Shown here: piece by piece, positions 14,294 through 27,621 of the stretch
Layout of the letters: each line of letters begins with the position of its first letter
Position numbering within the stretch: the first letter of the stretch is position 1
DNA from: Octopus vulgaris
Lineage: Eukaryota
NCBI GenBank assembly: GCA_951406725.2
Contig: OX597832.1
Location: 17,980,001 to 18,044,000 of the forward strand
DNA: 64,000 bases
Reading direction: 5' to 3'
Notes under the pieces: model-generated
What the model saw: the letters and a program-made list of their open reading frames with translations, nothing else
Told to the model about the DNA's origin: nothing
Databases searched by the model: none
Translations under genes and position numbers: made by a program

Positions 14294-14917
14294 GTATCGA
14301 CAGTGATTGCCAGGATTCTGTTAGCTAAGTCACCATTGGACACCAGACCGATGATTGCTTACCTTTCAGTAACTTTGAAACCACTCTAAATACGATTCTT
14401 GCTACAGTATATTTGAGAAAGTTATGGGTCTCTATACTCTTACACGCATGCCGTACGCACACATACACAGAATTACAAATATGTATTCGGAAGCGATGAA
14501 GGTCTGGTAGATTAAAATGATTAACGAAATACAGAGTTTGGTAAAAATTCTGCTTCGGACATATCTACATAGAGATATATAACTCTTGGTGTGGGGAAGG
14601 GGTTTACGCCTTTTTGTTTTGTTTTAGATAAAGACTTCCGTTTTCTCTCCCTCATTCTCAGCACTCATTCCCTTTTAGTCTCTAACCCATTCTTACTCAT
14701 TACTCTATCTCAATTTTCCATTCAGTAACTCTTTTTTTAAAAATCTCTCTCATTATCTTTATATCGTCGCCTCTATATCTTATCATTCCAAAAATTAAAT
14801 ACTTTGTGCTTCGTCTCTCTCTCTCTCCCTTCTCCACTCTCATTCTCTTTTCTCCACTCTCTGTCTCTCTCCCCTCCTCTGTATCTGTCTCTATCTATCT
14901 CTCTTTCACCATTCCTC

Positions 14918-15062
14918 TTTTTCCCGCCGGCAAAAATGGCGGTACGGTTACGGCGCGACATAAGCAACCGTATCCAAAATTTAATTAATACACTCTCCAT
15001 CGCTGGTGGCATTTTTCTATGACGTCATAAGCGTTATATACTTTCGACACTTTTTAATTAAA
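14918..15062. promoter_or_regulatory. Candidate cis-regulatory island with E2F-, YY1-, CRE- and homeodomain-like motifs
   Basis: CpG-rich unique patch containing TTTCCCGC (14920), AAAATGGCGG (14933), TTAATTAA (14981 and 15054) and the 12-bp palindrome TATGACGTCATA (15018-15029). Confidence 0.4.
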
Positions 15063-15433
15063 GTACTTTGTCCTTACCACTTAATGATTAGATATTAGTT
15101 AAATACAGACTGCAGCCTAGTCTATATCTTGCCAATTCTTTTGAACTGTTTTTCTGATAAACCAATTCACGTCTTTTTTTTTTATTTTCGCGATTGTTGT
15201 TTGCGCATAATCTTTTTTATAAGTCATTTTTCATTCGAGATGTTGATTTTTTTTGTGTGTGTTGTTGATTCTTTTGTTTGTTTAATTTATGTCATTTTTA
15301 TTTATTCCTTATTTATTTATTCACTTTTTTATTTTTTGGTTCGTAGTGAACGTTTGTCATTTTCTTAATTTTTTTTTTCTTTTTGCATCGTTTCCTTGAT
15401 AGCTTAATATTTCGTCTCGACCTTGTTTTCTCA

Positions 15434-15554
15434 ATCATCATCGTCATCATCATCATCATCATCATCATCGTCGTCGTCATCATCATCATCATCGTCATCA
15501 TCATCATCATCATCACCATCATCATCAGCACCGTCACCACCGTCATCATCATCG

Positions 15555-15644
<90 letters not shown>

Positions 15645-15740
15645 ACACCACCATCATCATCATCATCATCATCACCATCATCATCACCACCGCCACCACC
15701 ACCGTCATCATATCGTCATCATCATCATTATCATCATCAG
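15434..15740. repeat. (CAT)n microsatellite
   Basis: Direct reading of the sequence. Confidence 0.95.
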
Positions 15741-16055
15741 ATCTTTCTGCACCAACCCTTGTTCTCCTTCTTCTTTCCCCACTATTACCGTCACACCACG
15801 CCACCACCAGCATCAACAACAAAACATCAAGAATTATAACAACAACGACAACAACGCGAAATACAATGACGATAACAATGCTTAGATGAATGATAATTAT
15901 CAATATTATAATATATGTTGATGAGGTGAAATCATTATTTGGAGTCCCTTCTTTCATTATGGATTATTTACGTGGTGGGCACAGCTATGGTGAAGCTGAT
16001 TGCATTGTTGTTCTGAGATTTCGGATTCCATCAGAATTTATGATATAAGTAGTTT

Positions 16056-16472
16056 GTATCTTTTAGCATATATTCTTATATTTTTAGCATATACTATGAT
16101 ATCCTTTAGCATATATTCTGATGTCTTTTAGCATATATTATAATATATTTTAGTATATATTATGATATCTTTTAGCATATATTCTGATATCTTTTAGTAT
16201 ATATTATGATATATTTTAACATATATTCTGATATCTTTTAGTATATATTCTGATATCTCTTAGTATATATTCTGATATCTTTTAGCATATATTCTGATAT
16301 CTCTTAGTATATATTCTGATATACTTTACCATATATTCTGATATATTTTATCATATGTTCTGATGTCTTTTAGAATATATACTGATATCTTTTAGCATAT
16401 ATTCTGATAACTTTTAGCATATATTCTGATATATTTTAGCATATACTCTGATAACGTTTAGTATATATTCTG
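16056..16472. repeat. 22-bp minisatellite, about 19 copies
   Basis: Unit tttagcatatattctgatatct. Period of 22 checked at 16261 and 16283. Confidence 0.93.
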
Positions 16473-16560
16473 ACCGACACACAGACCTGGTGTGTGAAAC
16501 TCATTGAAAGAAAATAGTAGAGATTCTATATTGTTTTCATATTTTATCTTTCAATTTTCT

Positions 16561-17156
16561 TTACCTTTTGTTTCTTTCAGTCATTTGACTTCGGCCATGC
16601 TGGGGCAAGACTTGATGGGATGTTAATCTAACAAATCGAATACCCAGCACTTATTTTCTTTTAAGATTGGTAATTATTCTATCGCCCGTATTGACGGACC
16701 GCTAAGTTACGGGGGACAAACACTTACGAACACAACTGCGCGCGCACATACACAAACTCATATATTTTTCTTTACTACCCACAAGGGGCTACACACAGAG
16801 GGGACAAATAAGGACAGACAAACGGATTACATCGACCCCAGTGCGTAACTGGTACTTAATTTATCGACCCCGAAAGGATGAAAGGCAAAGTCGACCTCGG
16901 CGGAATTTGAACTCAGAACGTAACGGCAGGCGAAATACAGCTACGTATTTCGCCCAGCGTGCTAACGTTTCTGCCATATATATATATGTGTGTGTGTACG
17001 ACAGTCTTCTTTCAGTTTCCGTCTACAAAATCGATTCACAAGACTTTGGTCGGCCTGAGTTCATAATAAAATCACTTGCCCAGGATGCTATGCTGTGAGA
17101 CCGAACACGGAAACATGTGGTTGGGAAGCCAGCTTCTTACCACAAAGCCACGCCTG
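16561..17156 (-). mobile_element. SINE family A, full length, interrupted by a family B SINE
   Basis: Tail (tttcagtcatttgact.cggccatgctgg...ccgctaagttacgggg) at 16561-16720 and head (ttcagtttccgtctac...cacaaagccacgcctg) at 16998-17156. Confidence 0.85.
16765..16975 (-). mobile_element. SINE family B nested in the internal microsatellite of SINE A
   Basis: tttctttactacccacaaggggct...ctaacgtttctgcc matches 7349-7581. Confidence 0.9.
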
Positions 17157-17477
17157 TTTCGTTTATCAACAGAGGGACAAATTTATCAACACTTAAAAAT
17201 GGTATTTGTGCCAAAGGTATATTAATCATGAGACAAATAATGACCACACCAAAAATAATTCAATAAGATGGTAGATAAATTCAACGAACAATTATATTAA
17301 CCAGAGTACAAAGTGACAAAATCTCTGTAGTATTTATGTTTAAGTTCAAATTAAGTTGAGAGCGATATTTCCAGCGATGTGCATAACCAATTCCACCACA
17401 ACTATATATTATAACTCGTAGTATATTATCTCTCTCATTCTGTCTATCTTTCTGCCTGTCTGTCGCCCGCTCTCTCC

Positions 17478-17541
17478 CTATCTATCAATCAATCTATCTA
17501 TCTATCTATCTATATACCTATCTATCTACCTACCTACCTAC

Positions 17542-17616
<75 letters not shown>

Positions 17617-17650
17617 GCTATCAATCTATCTATATATCTATTTATCTATC
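17478..17650. repeat. (TATC)n tetranucleotide microsatellite
   Basis: Direct reading. Similar tracts at 18716-18820, 32283-32532, 48960-49085 and 60035-60130. Confidence 0.95.
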
Positions 17651-18714
17651 CTTGCTTTTACGAGAGACGAATGTGTTTTGAGGGAAATTTGATCGTTATT
17701 ACTAGCACATCCAGTGACTCAGGTGAGGATAGTCAGTGTTATTGGTTCATGTTAATATGGAGTTAAATGTGATCTATTAAAACCATGATCAAAGCATTCC
17801 TAGACGTGTCTACGTGTCTATCCTGTCATTTTTATTTTTGTTCAAACTTTATGTATATAAATTGATGCATATATATATAGACACAGACACGTATATATAT
17901 ATATACATATAAACATATATTTATATATATACATATATAATATAGCTATAGGACTATTTTATGCTTTGTGTTTTACGCTTTAAGACATTTCTATGTAATT
18001 GGAGGGAGAATTCGTTGCTGTTTTTCGCAGGCCGATATGTTGGATAGTGCAAAGATTTTTTCCTTCGTTGTCTCATAAAAGTCTCCTACATTATCTTCAC
18101 TGGCTCGTGTACCGTTTTATTGTGTCAACTGTCCGCCATTAAACACACCAAAACTACTGAAATTGCGATTCTTTACACACGTCCACATATAATGTAATGT
18201 CTCATTTAGAATATAAACACTAGAAAATCGGCCATTATCTCTTGGATATGGTCAAAGTGTGTGCTTCCTTTGTTCAATTGTTGTTGTTGTTTTTTTATAT
18301 TAAACATTCCACAGACTGATATTCGATAATTCTCTTATCTCCCTCACACTTTCATTCATTACTTTCTTTCTTTCTCCCTCACTTATATTCATTTTCTTTT
18401 CGTTATTTCTTCCATTTATCTTCACGACTTTCCTTCAGACAATTTTTTTATATCATTTCTCTTTTCTTCATTACTTCTTCATTTATTCATTGGTTCTTAC
18501 TAACTTTCTATCTTCTATATTTCTTTCAATCGCATTTTTTCGGTTATTCGTTCATATCTCTTTTACTAGGACCTTCGAGCATTCCTTGTGTTTTCTCTCA
18601 CTCTCAACGGTCCCTTTGATATTCTCTGTCAAACTCTCTCCTTCGTTTTGTTTTACGATCTTTCCAGACGTTTATTTCTCTTTGTTTGTTTTTCTATTGA
18701 TATACACATCCAAA

Positions 18715-18793
<79 letters not shown>

Positions 18794-18816
18794 ATATCTA
18801 TATATCTATCTATCTA

Positions 18817-18881
<65 letters not shown>

Positions 18882-19112
18882 ATGTCTGTCTGTTTATGTA
18901 CGTACGTATGTATTTATGCATGTATATAGTTATGTATGTATGTATGCATGTGTGTATGTATGTGCTCGTGTATGTATGCATGTATGTATGTATGTATCTA
19001 TATAGATATAGATATAGATAGATAGATACATACATACATATATACATACATACACACATACATACATGCATGCACAAGCATACATACATACACATACATA
19101 CACATATATATG

Positions 19113-19150
<38 letters not shown>

Positions 19151-19187
19151 GATAGATAGATATATATACAGAGAGACAGATTTCTAT

Positions 19188-19241
<54 letters not shown>

Positions 19242-19863
19242 GTATGTATATGTCTTCTACCCATATATGTATTGAACTCTGTTGTGAAGAACATATACAC
19301 CTGCCAATAGGTCTGTCTCTCTCTCACTGTCTGAGTGTTACTCCCCCCTACCCGTACACCCCAAATCTGTGACTTCTCTCCACGTGACTCCACCGTGCAT
19401 TAAACAACCATATAACAGACATATAAACATATAAAGTCTCCACAGTTATATCCGTGTACATTAAACGAAAATAAACAGAAATAAACGGTTAAATGATCGA
19501 CATTATACATCTACCGTCGTGTGTACCAGCTTAAAGGAGACATTATGCGTCTTGGAGGAAATGGCACTTAACGGAATCATGACCCTCATCAGCTCCCATC
19601 ATCTATATAATCATGGTTATCAACAGCATCATCTCCATCGTCGTGATCGTGGCGCTGTCGTAGTCGTCGCTGTCATTTCTCCTTATTATCGATAACGTTT
19701 CACGAGCGCGCGTGTACATATGTGTATGTGTGTATCTGTGTGTGTGAGCGATTGGTTGGTGTACGAGTGTATGTGCGTGGTGCGTGAGTATCTTCGTGTG
19801 TGAGACAATCATTGGCTTGAACAATCGTTTGCGTCACGAGTGTAATGAAATTGATGCCTATTT

Positions 19864-19926
19864 TATCATCATCATCATCCTCATCATCATCATCATCATC
19901 ATCATCATTCATCATCATCATCATCC

Positions 19927-19997
<71 letters not shown>

Positions 19998-20340
19998 GTC
20001 ATCATCATCATCATCATCACCACCACCATCATCATCATCATTATCATCATCATCACCAACACATTCATCATCATACGCATCATCTTCGTTGTCTTCGTTC
20101 TGCTCCTCATCATCCTCATCATCATCATCATCATTGTTTATGTGGTCGTCTCCGACACCACAACCATTCCTGCCGCCGCTGTCGCAGTTGTCGTCGTCAC
20201 CACTATCAACACCACCAATACCACCAGCATCACCACCACCACCGTCACCATCACCATCACTATCACTAATACAGTCAGCAGCAGCGCTGCCGCCACCACC
20301 ACCGTCGTCATCATCCGCTTCCTCATTTTCATCATCATTG
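19864..20340. repeat. (CAT)n/(CAC)n compound microsatellite
   Basis: Direct reading. Explains the poly-H/I/S ORFs. Confidence 0.93.
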
Positions 20341-20834
20341 TCAATTTAACCATAAAAGTTTTTTTAATAGACTTTAAATGCCTACTCGGTTTTAAGTCTG
20401 AACATAAAAAGAATATTTGTCTCCGGACACTTTAGGTCATTATATATGTGTTTGTGTGTGTGTGTGTGTGTGTGCGTGTGTGTGTGTGCATGTGTATGTA
20501 TGTACGTATATATGTATTTTATGGCCTCGGTGAGTTATAATGCAGCATGACTTGTCTTTTGCTATAGTATACTGTTGTAACCAACGCATGGAAATACACG
20601 CTCTTTCCATGCCCTAATTTTAAAGAAACTATATTCATATATGGCAATCTTTTATCCTTAATGCGGAAGTAGAAGCTCACCGAGGCCACATGGTACAATA
20701 GTGCTGCTAACGGTGCCTGGACATTTCTTATTTGCTGCAGGTACCTCTGTGCTTATATGTAGTAAATGTCTATGGGCAGACTTTCAGAGAAAGAGATATG
20801 CAGTAATACGGCGCTCTAATAATCTAATAATTTC

Positions 20835-21037
20835 AATTATAGGCACAAAGCCTGGATTTCTGAGGAAGGACTAACTCGATTACTTCGAAATACGTTTTCA
20901 ACCAGTAATATTTTATCGTCGCCAAAATAAATGAAAGGCAATGTCGACCTTGCTAGAATTTGAACTCGGAACGTTATGACGGAAAAAAATGCCACTCACT
21001 GTTTCGATCAACAGGGTAATGCTTCTGCCAGCTCGCT
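20835..21037 (-). mobile_element. SINE family B, degenerate
   Basis: atgaaaggcaatgtcgacct...gaatttgaactcggaacgt...ttctgccagctcgc. Confidence 0.75.
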
Positions 21038-21207
21038 GAATACGACGCTCTCATAATAGTTTCAGATTAAGTAGGTATTCTTTCTACTATGTCGATATTT
21101 GACTTTTCCCCACCATCCATCTGAAAGTCACACCAGTGAATGAATCATCGCTTTTTCTATATATATGGGTGTAAGAGAGATTTGACCAGCATATCGTCAG
21201 TGGATGT

Positions 21208-21255
21208 CTACTGCTGAAGAGACAGAAATCATGCCGAAATTACATAATACAGTAG
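21208..21255 (+). ncRNA. Type I hammerhead ribozyme with canonical core
   Basis: CTACTG-CTGAAGA-GACA gaaatca TGCC-GAAA-TTACATAA-TA-CAGTAG. Stem I is 6 bp, the CUGANGA/GAAA core is intact, stem II pairs 3 of 4, stem III is ATTA/TAAT, and the AUA cleavage triplet predicts a cut after 21249. Confidence 0.75.
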
Positions 21256-21842
21256 TTCCACTACAGGTGCTTAAAATTTCTCCAACACCGCTGTGTTATA
21301 TGTTACTCATACCACTGTGTTATATGAAGCTGACCTCTACTCGGAAGACTTTCTCGAAACAAAATCTGTAGTATTTCGGCACTTGATACATCAACCAAGC
21401 ATTGAGGAAATAAAACTAAACGAATATTGTATGAATGATAACAAAACCAAAACAAGATACAGACGGAAAAAAAATTGCTTTGGTGATAGAAGTACCATAT
21501 GACTATATGTATTGACATGACTGAGCTTATTCTAACATTCCCGTCATTCAGCAGAGATTTCATTATATTTAAATTTGAGAATAGGGATGTATTTCTAGCA
21601 TCTCTATATCTGACTAACCCAGAAACACGTTCACAAGTGATCTAATTTCGAGAGAACTTTCGTTATTTTTCCCTCTATGCCTGCGTGAATTTGTTTTTGA
21701 GTATACACTGTCTGGGAGACTCTTCTTAAGTGGAAGAAATAGCTAAATTTGTTGGCTGTTATATTTAAAAGTTTGGTATGTGTAAAGCAAATTTATTTGC
21801 TGAACCCTAATCATATAAAGTAATATATATATATATATAGAT

Positions 21843-21903
<61 letters not shown>

Positions 21904-21971
21904 CATATATATATGTATATATATACACACACACACACACTCACACACACATATATATATATATATATAAT

Positions 21972-22121
21972 TTTGACCGCTGAAAACTACAACAACTTTT
22001 TTCATTTTCTCATATTCCTCTCTGTTGAAGAGCGTAGGCTCGAAACAAAATATTTTATCATTTTTCCATGTTTCTTGATCTTACACTAGTCTACGTCTTT
22101 TGTTTTTCTATAAATTTCAAT

Positions 22122-22122
<1 letters not shown>
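21972..22122 (+). mobile_element. Short TA-flanked element with a broken HHR motif (same family as 52860-53070)
   Basis: ctgttgaagagcgtaggctcgaaac (22022-22046) and the tail cgtcttttgtttttctataaatt match the 52860-53070 copy. Confidence 0.7.
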
Positions 22123-22167
<45 letters not shown>

Positions 22168-22169
22168 TG

Positions 22170-22214
<45 letters not shown>

Positions 22215-22361
22215 ATAAACGAGCTCCTTTCAGTTTCTGTCTATCAAATCCACTGACAAGACTTTGGTTGGCTTGACTCTATAGTAGGAGACACTTGTAA
22301 AAGGTGCCACGCAGTGGGACTGAATCTGATACAAATTGGTGAGCACACAGCCACTCCTGCG

Positions 22362-22362
<1 letters not shown>
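22215..22362 (-). mobile_element. SINE family A head
   Basis: ttcagtttctgtctatcaaatccact...aaggtgccacgcagtgggactgaa...cacagccactcctgcgcc. Confidence 0.85.
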
Positions 22363-22458
<96 letters not shown>

Positions 22459-22737
22459 TGTGTGTTATTTATTTATCATGATGGTAGAAAAATACAAAAA
22501 AATGTAGTTAAACTTCAATGTATTGTCAGTTACTCATTAGCACGTCGGTTAAGTGAAAGAAACGTTAGAGTTGGACACAATTGCTTGTGTTTAATAAATT
22601 TCCGCCGATGGCAATTTCTGCATTTCGTGCTAGTATGGGCAGTAAAGTGGAATCATATCACCCGTAGAGGCAATGCTTCTGCAGAATTTTCGTCCTTGCG
22701 CTTATTTTTTTGAAATTATTAATTCTTTAAGGTGTGA

Positions 22738-22765
22738 ACTACTACTACTACTACTACTACTACTC

Positions 22766-22805
<40 letters not shown>

Positions 22806-23008
22806 AACTACTAATACTTCTACCGCTGCTGCTGCTGCTGCTACTACTACTACTACTACTACTACAATACTACTGATGTTGATGGCGGTGGTGATGATAC
22901 TGAGGATGATGAGGATTACGGTGATGATGGTGGTGGTGATGGCGAGGGTGATGGTGGTGGTGGTGGTGGTGGTGCTGGTGGTGGTGCTGCTGCTGCTGCT
23001 GTTGCTGT
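22738..23008. repeat. (CTA)n / (GGT)n / (GCT)n compound microsatellite
   Basis: Direct reading of the sequence. Confidence 0.9.
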
Positions 23009-23709
23009 GACATTGCCGTACCTTGCACTAGAAAATGTGTAATCAGATTAGAGCAATGCTGTTTTCGTTCAAGTGAAAGGTGACTAGACAGTCACACAAA
23101 ACGGTCATCTCATTCTAATAAATGTAATTGATTTCTCTCCCGTTGAAGAGACCACCCCTTTGCAAACATTACTTAACGAGGATTACGGCAAACATTTGTG
23201 GTTATCATATCTCCGATACGGCGTTCCACTGGTCCTATCTTCCACCAAGTACTGTCAGGTGTCAAATGAAGACGGGGAGCTAAATTTTTGCTTGAGGTTC
23301 AGTACAGATATCCACTAAAGGATAACTAAATAAGAGGAATAAAATGATTCTCGTATAATGTTGAGCGTTACAGCAGATAATACGCAGCGAAAGCCTGAGC
23401 TTGACTCTAAGTACCGACATGAACAATTTCCATACTTTCCATTGGAGGACGTTTAACTACTCGACAAAGGTCTCTTTTCCTACCTAAGTTACTTGTCTGT
23501 ATTATAGTAACGCTTTCCATGAACTGGATAAATTACTGAGTCTAGCGGAGTTGGAAAACCAGGAAGTGACTCTGACTGTTAGAGTTGACGAAAAGCCATG
23601 CTCTATAACACATTATTGCGTGCATTGACTATTTCTGAGCTTACGTTAAAAACAATAATATCACGCTTGGATTCGAATCGAGCTAACAGCTGAATCTCTC
23701 GAGAATATA

Positions 23710-24235
23710 TTGGGCTGTCCGGAAAGTTCGTGCCGATTTATAGTAGCTTACCTTTCGACTTATTTTAGAACATGTTTGAGTCCATAAAATAGGAATTGAC
23801 TACAACTCCATTTAGAACACAGGTTAAGCTATTTTTTTGTGGAAGAAGGTTTATGTTCCTATAACCTGTGTTAATTCTGTCATTTTCGGCACTTGTTTGT
23901 TTTCTTCATCCGTAAAGGGAAAATGCCTCATAAGCAACCAAAGAAATATGCGCAGTTTACGGTATAGATTCTTTATCCGAAAGAACTGTACGGAAGTGGT
24001 TCGCAAGGTTCCCAGCTGGAGATTGTAGACTTATCGATAAAGAGCGATCAGGCAGACCATCCACTACAGATGATGACCAAATCAAGTCATTGACAACAAC
24101 CGGAGAATTGGCAGAAAGCCTCAACCTCTCAAAACCCGTCGTTCATGAGCACCTGGTAAAGCTTGGGTATTGGCAAGTATTTATTGACCTTTTTCTTCCC
24201 TTTAAAAATCGGCACGAATTTTCCGTACAACCCAA
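23710..24235 (+). mobile_element. Internally deleted mariner DNA transposon (526 bp)
   Basis: TIRs ttgggctgtccggaaagttcgtgccgattt / aaatcggcacgaattttccgtacaacccaa, with TA on both sides (23708-09 and 24236-37). Confidence 0.92.
23943..24170 (+). pseudogene. Mariner transposase N-terminal HTH remnant
   Basis: EICAVYGIDSLSERTVRKWFARFPAGDCRLIDKERSGRPSTTDDDQIKSL...TTGELAESLNLSKPVVHEHLVKLGY, with the WFxRF and RSGRP motifs. The catalytic domain is deleted. Confidence 0.9.
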
Positions 24236-24660
24236 TAGTAGCAAAATCTTCCCTAAGTATAATAAAGCATGTAAACTTTTCGCGTTCTGATTATATCGAA
24301 AGGATTTGTTTGAAGTACGTAGCTGAAATATTTGAAAAACTAGCTTTTGTATTAAGGACACATACATATAAACCTCTTAAGCTATAATTTCAAAAGTCAG
24401 ATATGCTTAAAGCAGTTAATTTTATAGAAGATAGAATATAATGTCGAATTTCGTATGATTAGTTAGGCTTCTTCTGTCTATGAGATCATCCGTTACAAAT
24501 GAATGTGAACATTTACGTTATTTGAAAAGAATCAATGATTCGCCGACCCGCATAATCGAGATTAGGAAACAGTTTTGGCTGTCGTTTAATCTTCTGTGAA
24601 AAGATTGTGAGCAGGTAGCATCGTTAGAAAAAACGTTTAGCAGTTTTTAACCCGTTTCTG

Positions 24661-24886
24661 AAGGCGGCGTGCTGGCAGAGACGTTAGCACGCCGGGCGAA
24701 ATGCCTAGCAGTATTTTGTGCGTCTTTACGTTCTGAGTTCAAATTCCGCCGCGGTCGACTTTGCTTTTCAAGATTTCGGGGTCGATCAATTAAGTACAAG
24801 TTGCGTACTGGGCCGAGCTAATCAATTATCCCCCTACTCACACACACCGAACAAAATGTTCGTCCTTGTGCCTAGAGTAGAAAAGA
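24661..24886 (+). mobile_element. SINE family B (short-tail variant)
   Basis: aaggcggcgtgctggcagagacgttagcacgccgggcg...gagttcaaattccgcc...ccttgtgcctagagtagaaaaga. Confidence 0.88.
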
Positions 24887-25021
24887 GTTGCCATTGACTT
24901 TGCTATTCATGCGTTCCGGAGTTGAGAAAATAAGTACCATTCAGGTCGATGCAATTGATTCGTCCTTTCTCGGCAAACTATTAGCTTATCGCAGATAGGA
25001 CTTAATGTTCTATAATACTGG

Positions 25022-25066
<45 letters not shown>

Positions 25067-25681
25067 TATTGCAATGTAGAAGAACCATCTGAGTGTCGAA
25101 AAGATCAAGTGCGAATTTAGTCCTTCCAGGGTCAACAAATTGAAACAAAATGAAATGATGAGATAGATTCAATCTTTTATCAAATATTTGGAACTTTATT
25201 GTTTAGACCTGTCGTAAATATTTATTTCTACGTGGGACCCAATTCATTGTCATTTATTTTTGAAATCCTCATTTATAATGTCCTGAATATCATGGGAATA
25301 CAGAGACAGTGTAAGAAAAAATTCTATTATTATATTAGTATTATTAGCATTATATTAAAATAGCTGGTCTTGCTTGGAGTACCACCAACATAATTTTTGT
25401 TTAGTATTAAGATTATTATTACTATATGCTTATTTATTATGTACAAATCACTACTTCATTTTCTCCTTTTTCATAAAGTGATCTTTAAAATTCTGTTTGA
25501 ATTTTGTAGCATAATTTACAAGCGAGTTTAATGTATGTGTGTCTATGCGGGCGTGCATGTGTGTGTCTATGAATGTCTATGTTCTGTATCTATCCATCTT
25601 TCTCTTTCTATGTGTGTGTGTGTGTGTGTATGAGCAGAAAGAGAGAGATACATATATAGATATAGATATACATATACATAA

Positions 25682-25763
<82 letters not shown>

Positions 25764-25895
25764 GAGTGATTGAGCATGTGACTTCATACATATGAGTAAA
25801 ACTATGTACGTCTCCAGTACTCTCCTTCACTGTCAACATCTTACTCTTCCTCCCTAAACATAAGCTCGCGTGTGTCTGTGCGTGTTCGACAGTAG

Positions 25896-26024
<129 letters not shown>

Positions 26025-26102
26025 CATACATACATATATATATATATACATGTATATATATATATATACATGTATATATATATATGTATGTATATATATA
26101 AG

Positions 26103-26133
<31 letters not shown>

Positions 26134-26160
26134 ATATATATATGTATGTATATATATAAG

Positions 26161-26192
<32 letters not shown>

Positions 26193-26205
26193 CATACATA
26201 CATAC

Positions 26206-26277
<72 letters not shown>

Positions 26278-27067
26278 GTTGATATTGGTTTCCAATTTAG
26301 ACTATGGTACACAATTACATCTGTTATTGAAATTACTGCTGGCAATTTGGCAATTTAAAAATTTCGATTTTTTTCTTTTTATGCCTACACATAATCACAC
26401 GCGAATGTATATATTGAGCACAAACTCGTCCCCACCTACCGACACATTTATCTTCACATACACAATCTATATGATGTACACAATTTTTTTTTTCTTTTTT
26501 TTTTTTTTTTTTTGCATCTTCATGTCTGTCACTAATTCTTAAAACAATCCTTGTTCTTTTGTATACTCAATTATCGATTGTTTCAATTACTGATTGGGGG
26601 ATAGAGAAAAAAAATCCCCAGCAATATTTTCCTTTATAATTTCAAAATTTAACTTTTTGGTAGTCAAATACTTATTGATACGTATGACAGCAATAATGAA
26701 TGCTAAACACCCACATCGTAGCAGTAATGTCGTCTGATTATGCGCTCTGCGCTGTTTGCCTCAGGCTACTAATAAACAAAACATATAGTGAATATACATA
26801 TATATGTATTTGTATATATGTGTATATATTATGTTCTATCCTATATTCAAGTGTGTGCTTGTGTATTTACGTGTGTCATACACGGAATATGTAGAAATAG
26901 ACGCTTTATACAAGTGATTTCTGCTTTTTTTTTCATGTCAATAAATGATTGATTAAAAAATATAAAACTATCTTAATTTTAAAATCTTCTTTCGTCTGTA
27001 GTTGTTTCCCACACCTATTTACTTGCATCGCAGTGTAATTGCACAAAATGTGTAAACAGCGGTTTAC

Positions 27068-27129
<62 letters not shown>

Positions 27130-27228
27130 GCATCAAAACATACATAAATACCTCCATGCATACATATATACCTACACGCATGCATGAAGAAGTAAATATA
27201 CGTATATATAATTATACATAACTATATA

Positions 27229-27621
27229 GGCATAGGAGTGGCTGTGTGGTAAGAAGCTTGCTTACCAACCATATGATTCTGTGTTCAGTCCCACTGCGTG
27301 GCACTTTGGGCAAGTGTCTTCTACTATAGACTCGGGTCGACCAAATCCTTGTGAGTGGATTTGGCAGACGGAAACTGAAAGAAGCCTGTCGTATATATGT
27401 ATGCATGTGTGTGTTTGCGTTTGTCCCCCCTCAAATCGCTTGACAACCTATGCTGATGAGTTTTCGTCACCGTAACTTAGCGGTTCGGCATAAGCGAACG
27501 ATAGAATAAGTACTAGGCTTACAAAGAATAAGTCCTGGGGTCGATTTACTCGAATGAAGGTAGTGCTCCAGCATGGCCACAGTCAAATGACTGAAACAAG
27601 TAAAAGAGTAAAGAGTAAGAG
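27229..27621 (+). mobile_element. tRNA-derived SINE family A, full length
   Basis: A-box-like gtggctgtgtgg, B-box-like gttcagtccc, internal (TA)/(TG) tract, conserved tail cgtaacttagcggttcggca...gtgctccagcatggcc...gactgaaacaagtaaaagag. Confidence 0.92.

Noticed and set aside
14348-14380. CCGATGA...GAAACCACTC
   Set aside because: Stems I and III do not pair, so not counted as an HHR.
6811-16472. Regular 42-bp and 22-bp arrays considered as CRISPR-like
   Set aside because: Head-to-tail units without unique spacers in eukaryotic DNA, so they are minisatellites.
23508-23628. Open frame NAFHELDKLLSLAELENQEVTLTVRVDEKPC after an AG
   Set aside because: No recognisable family or supporting neighbouring exons.
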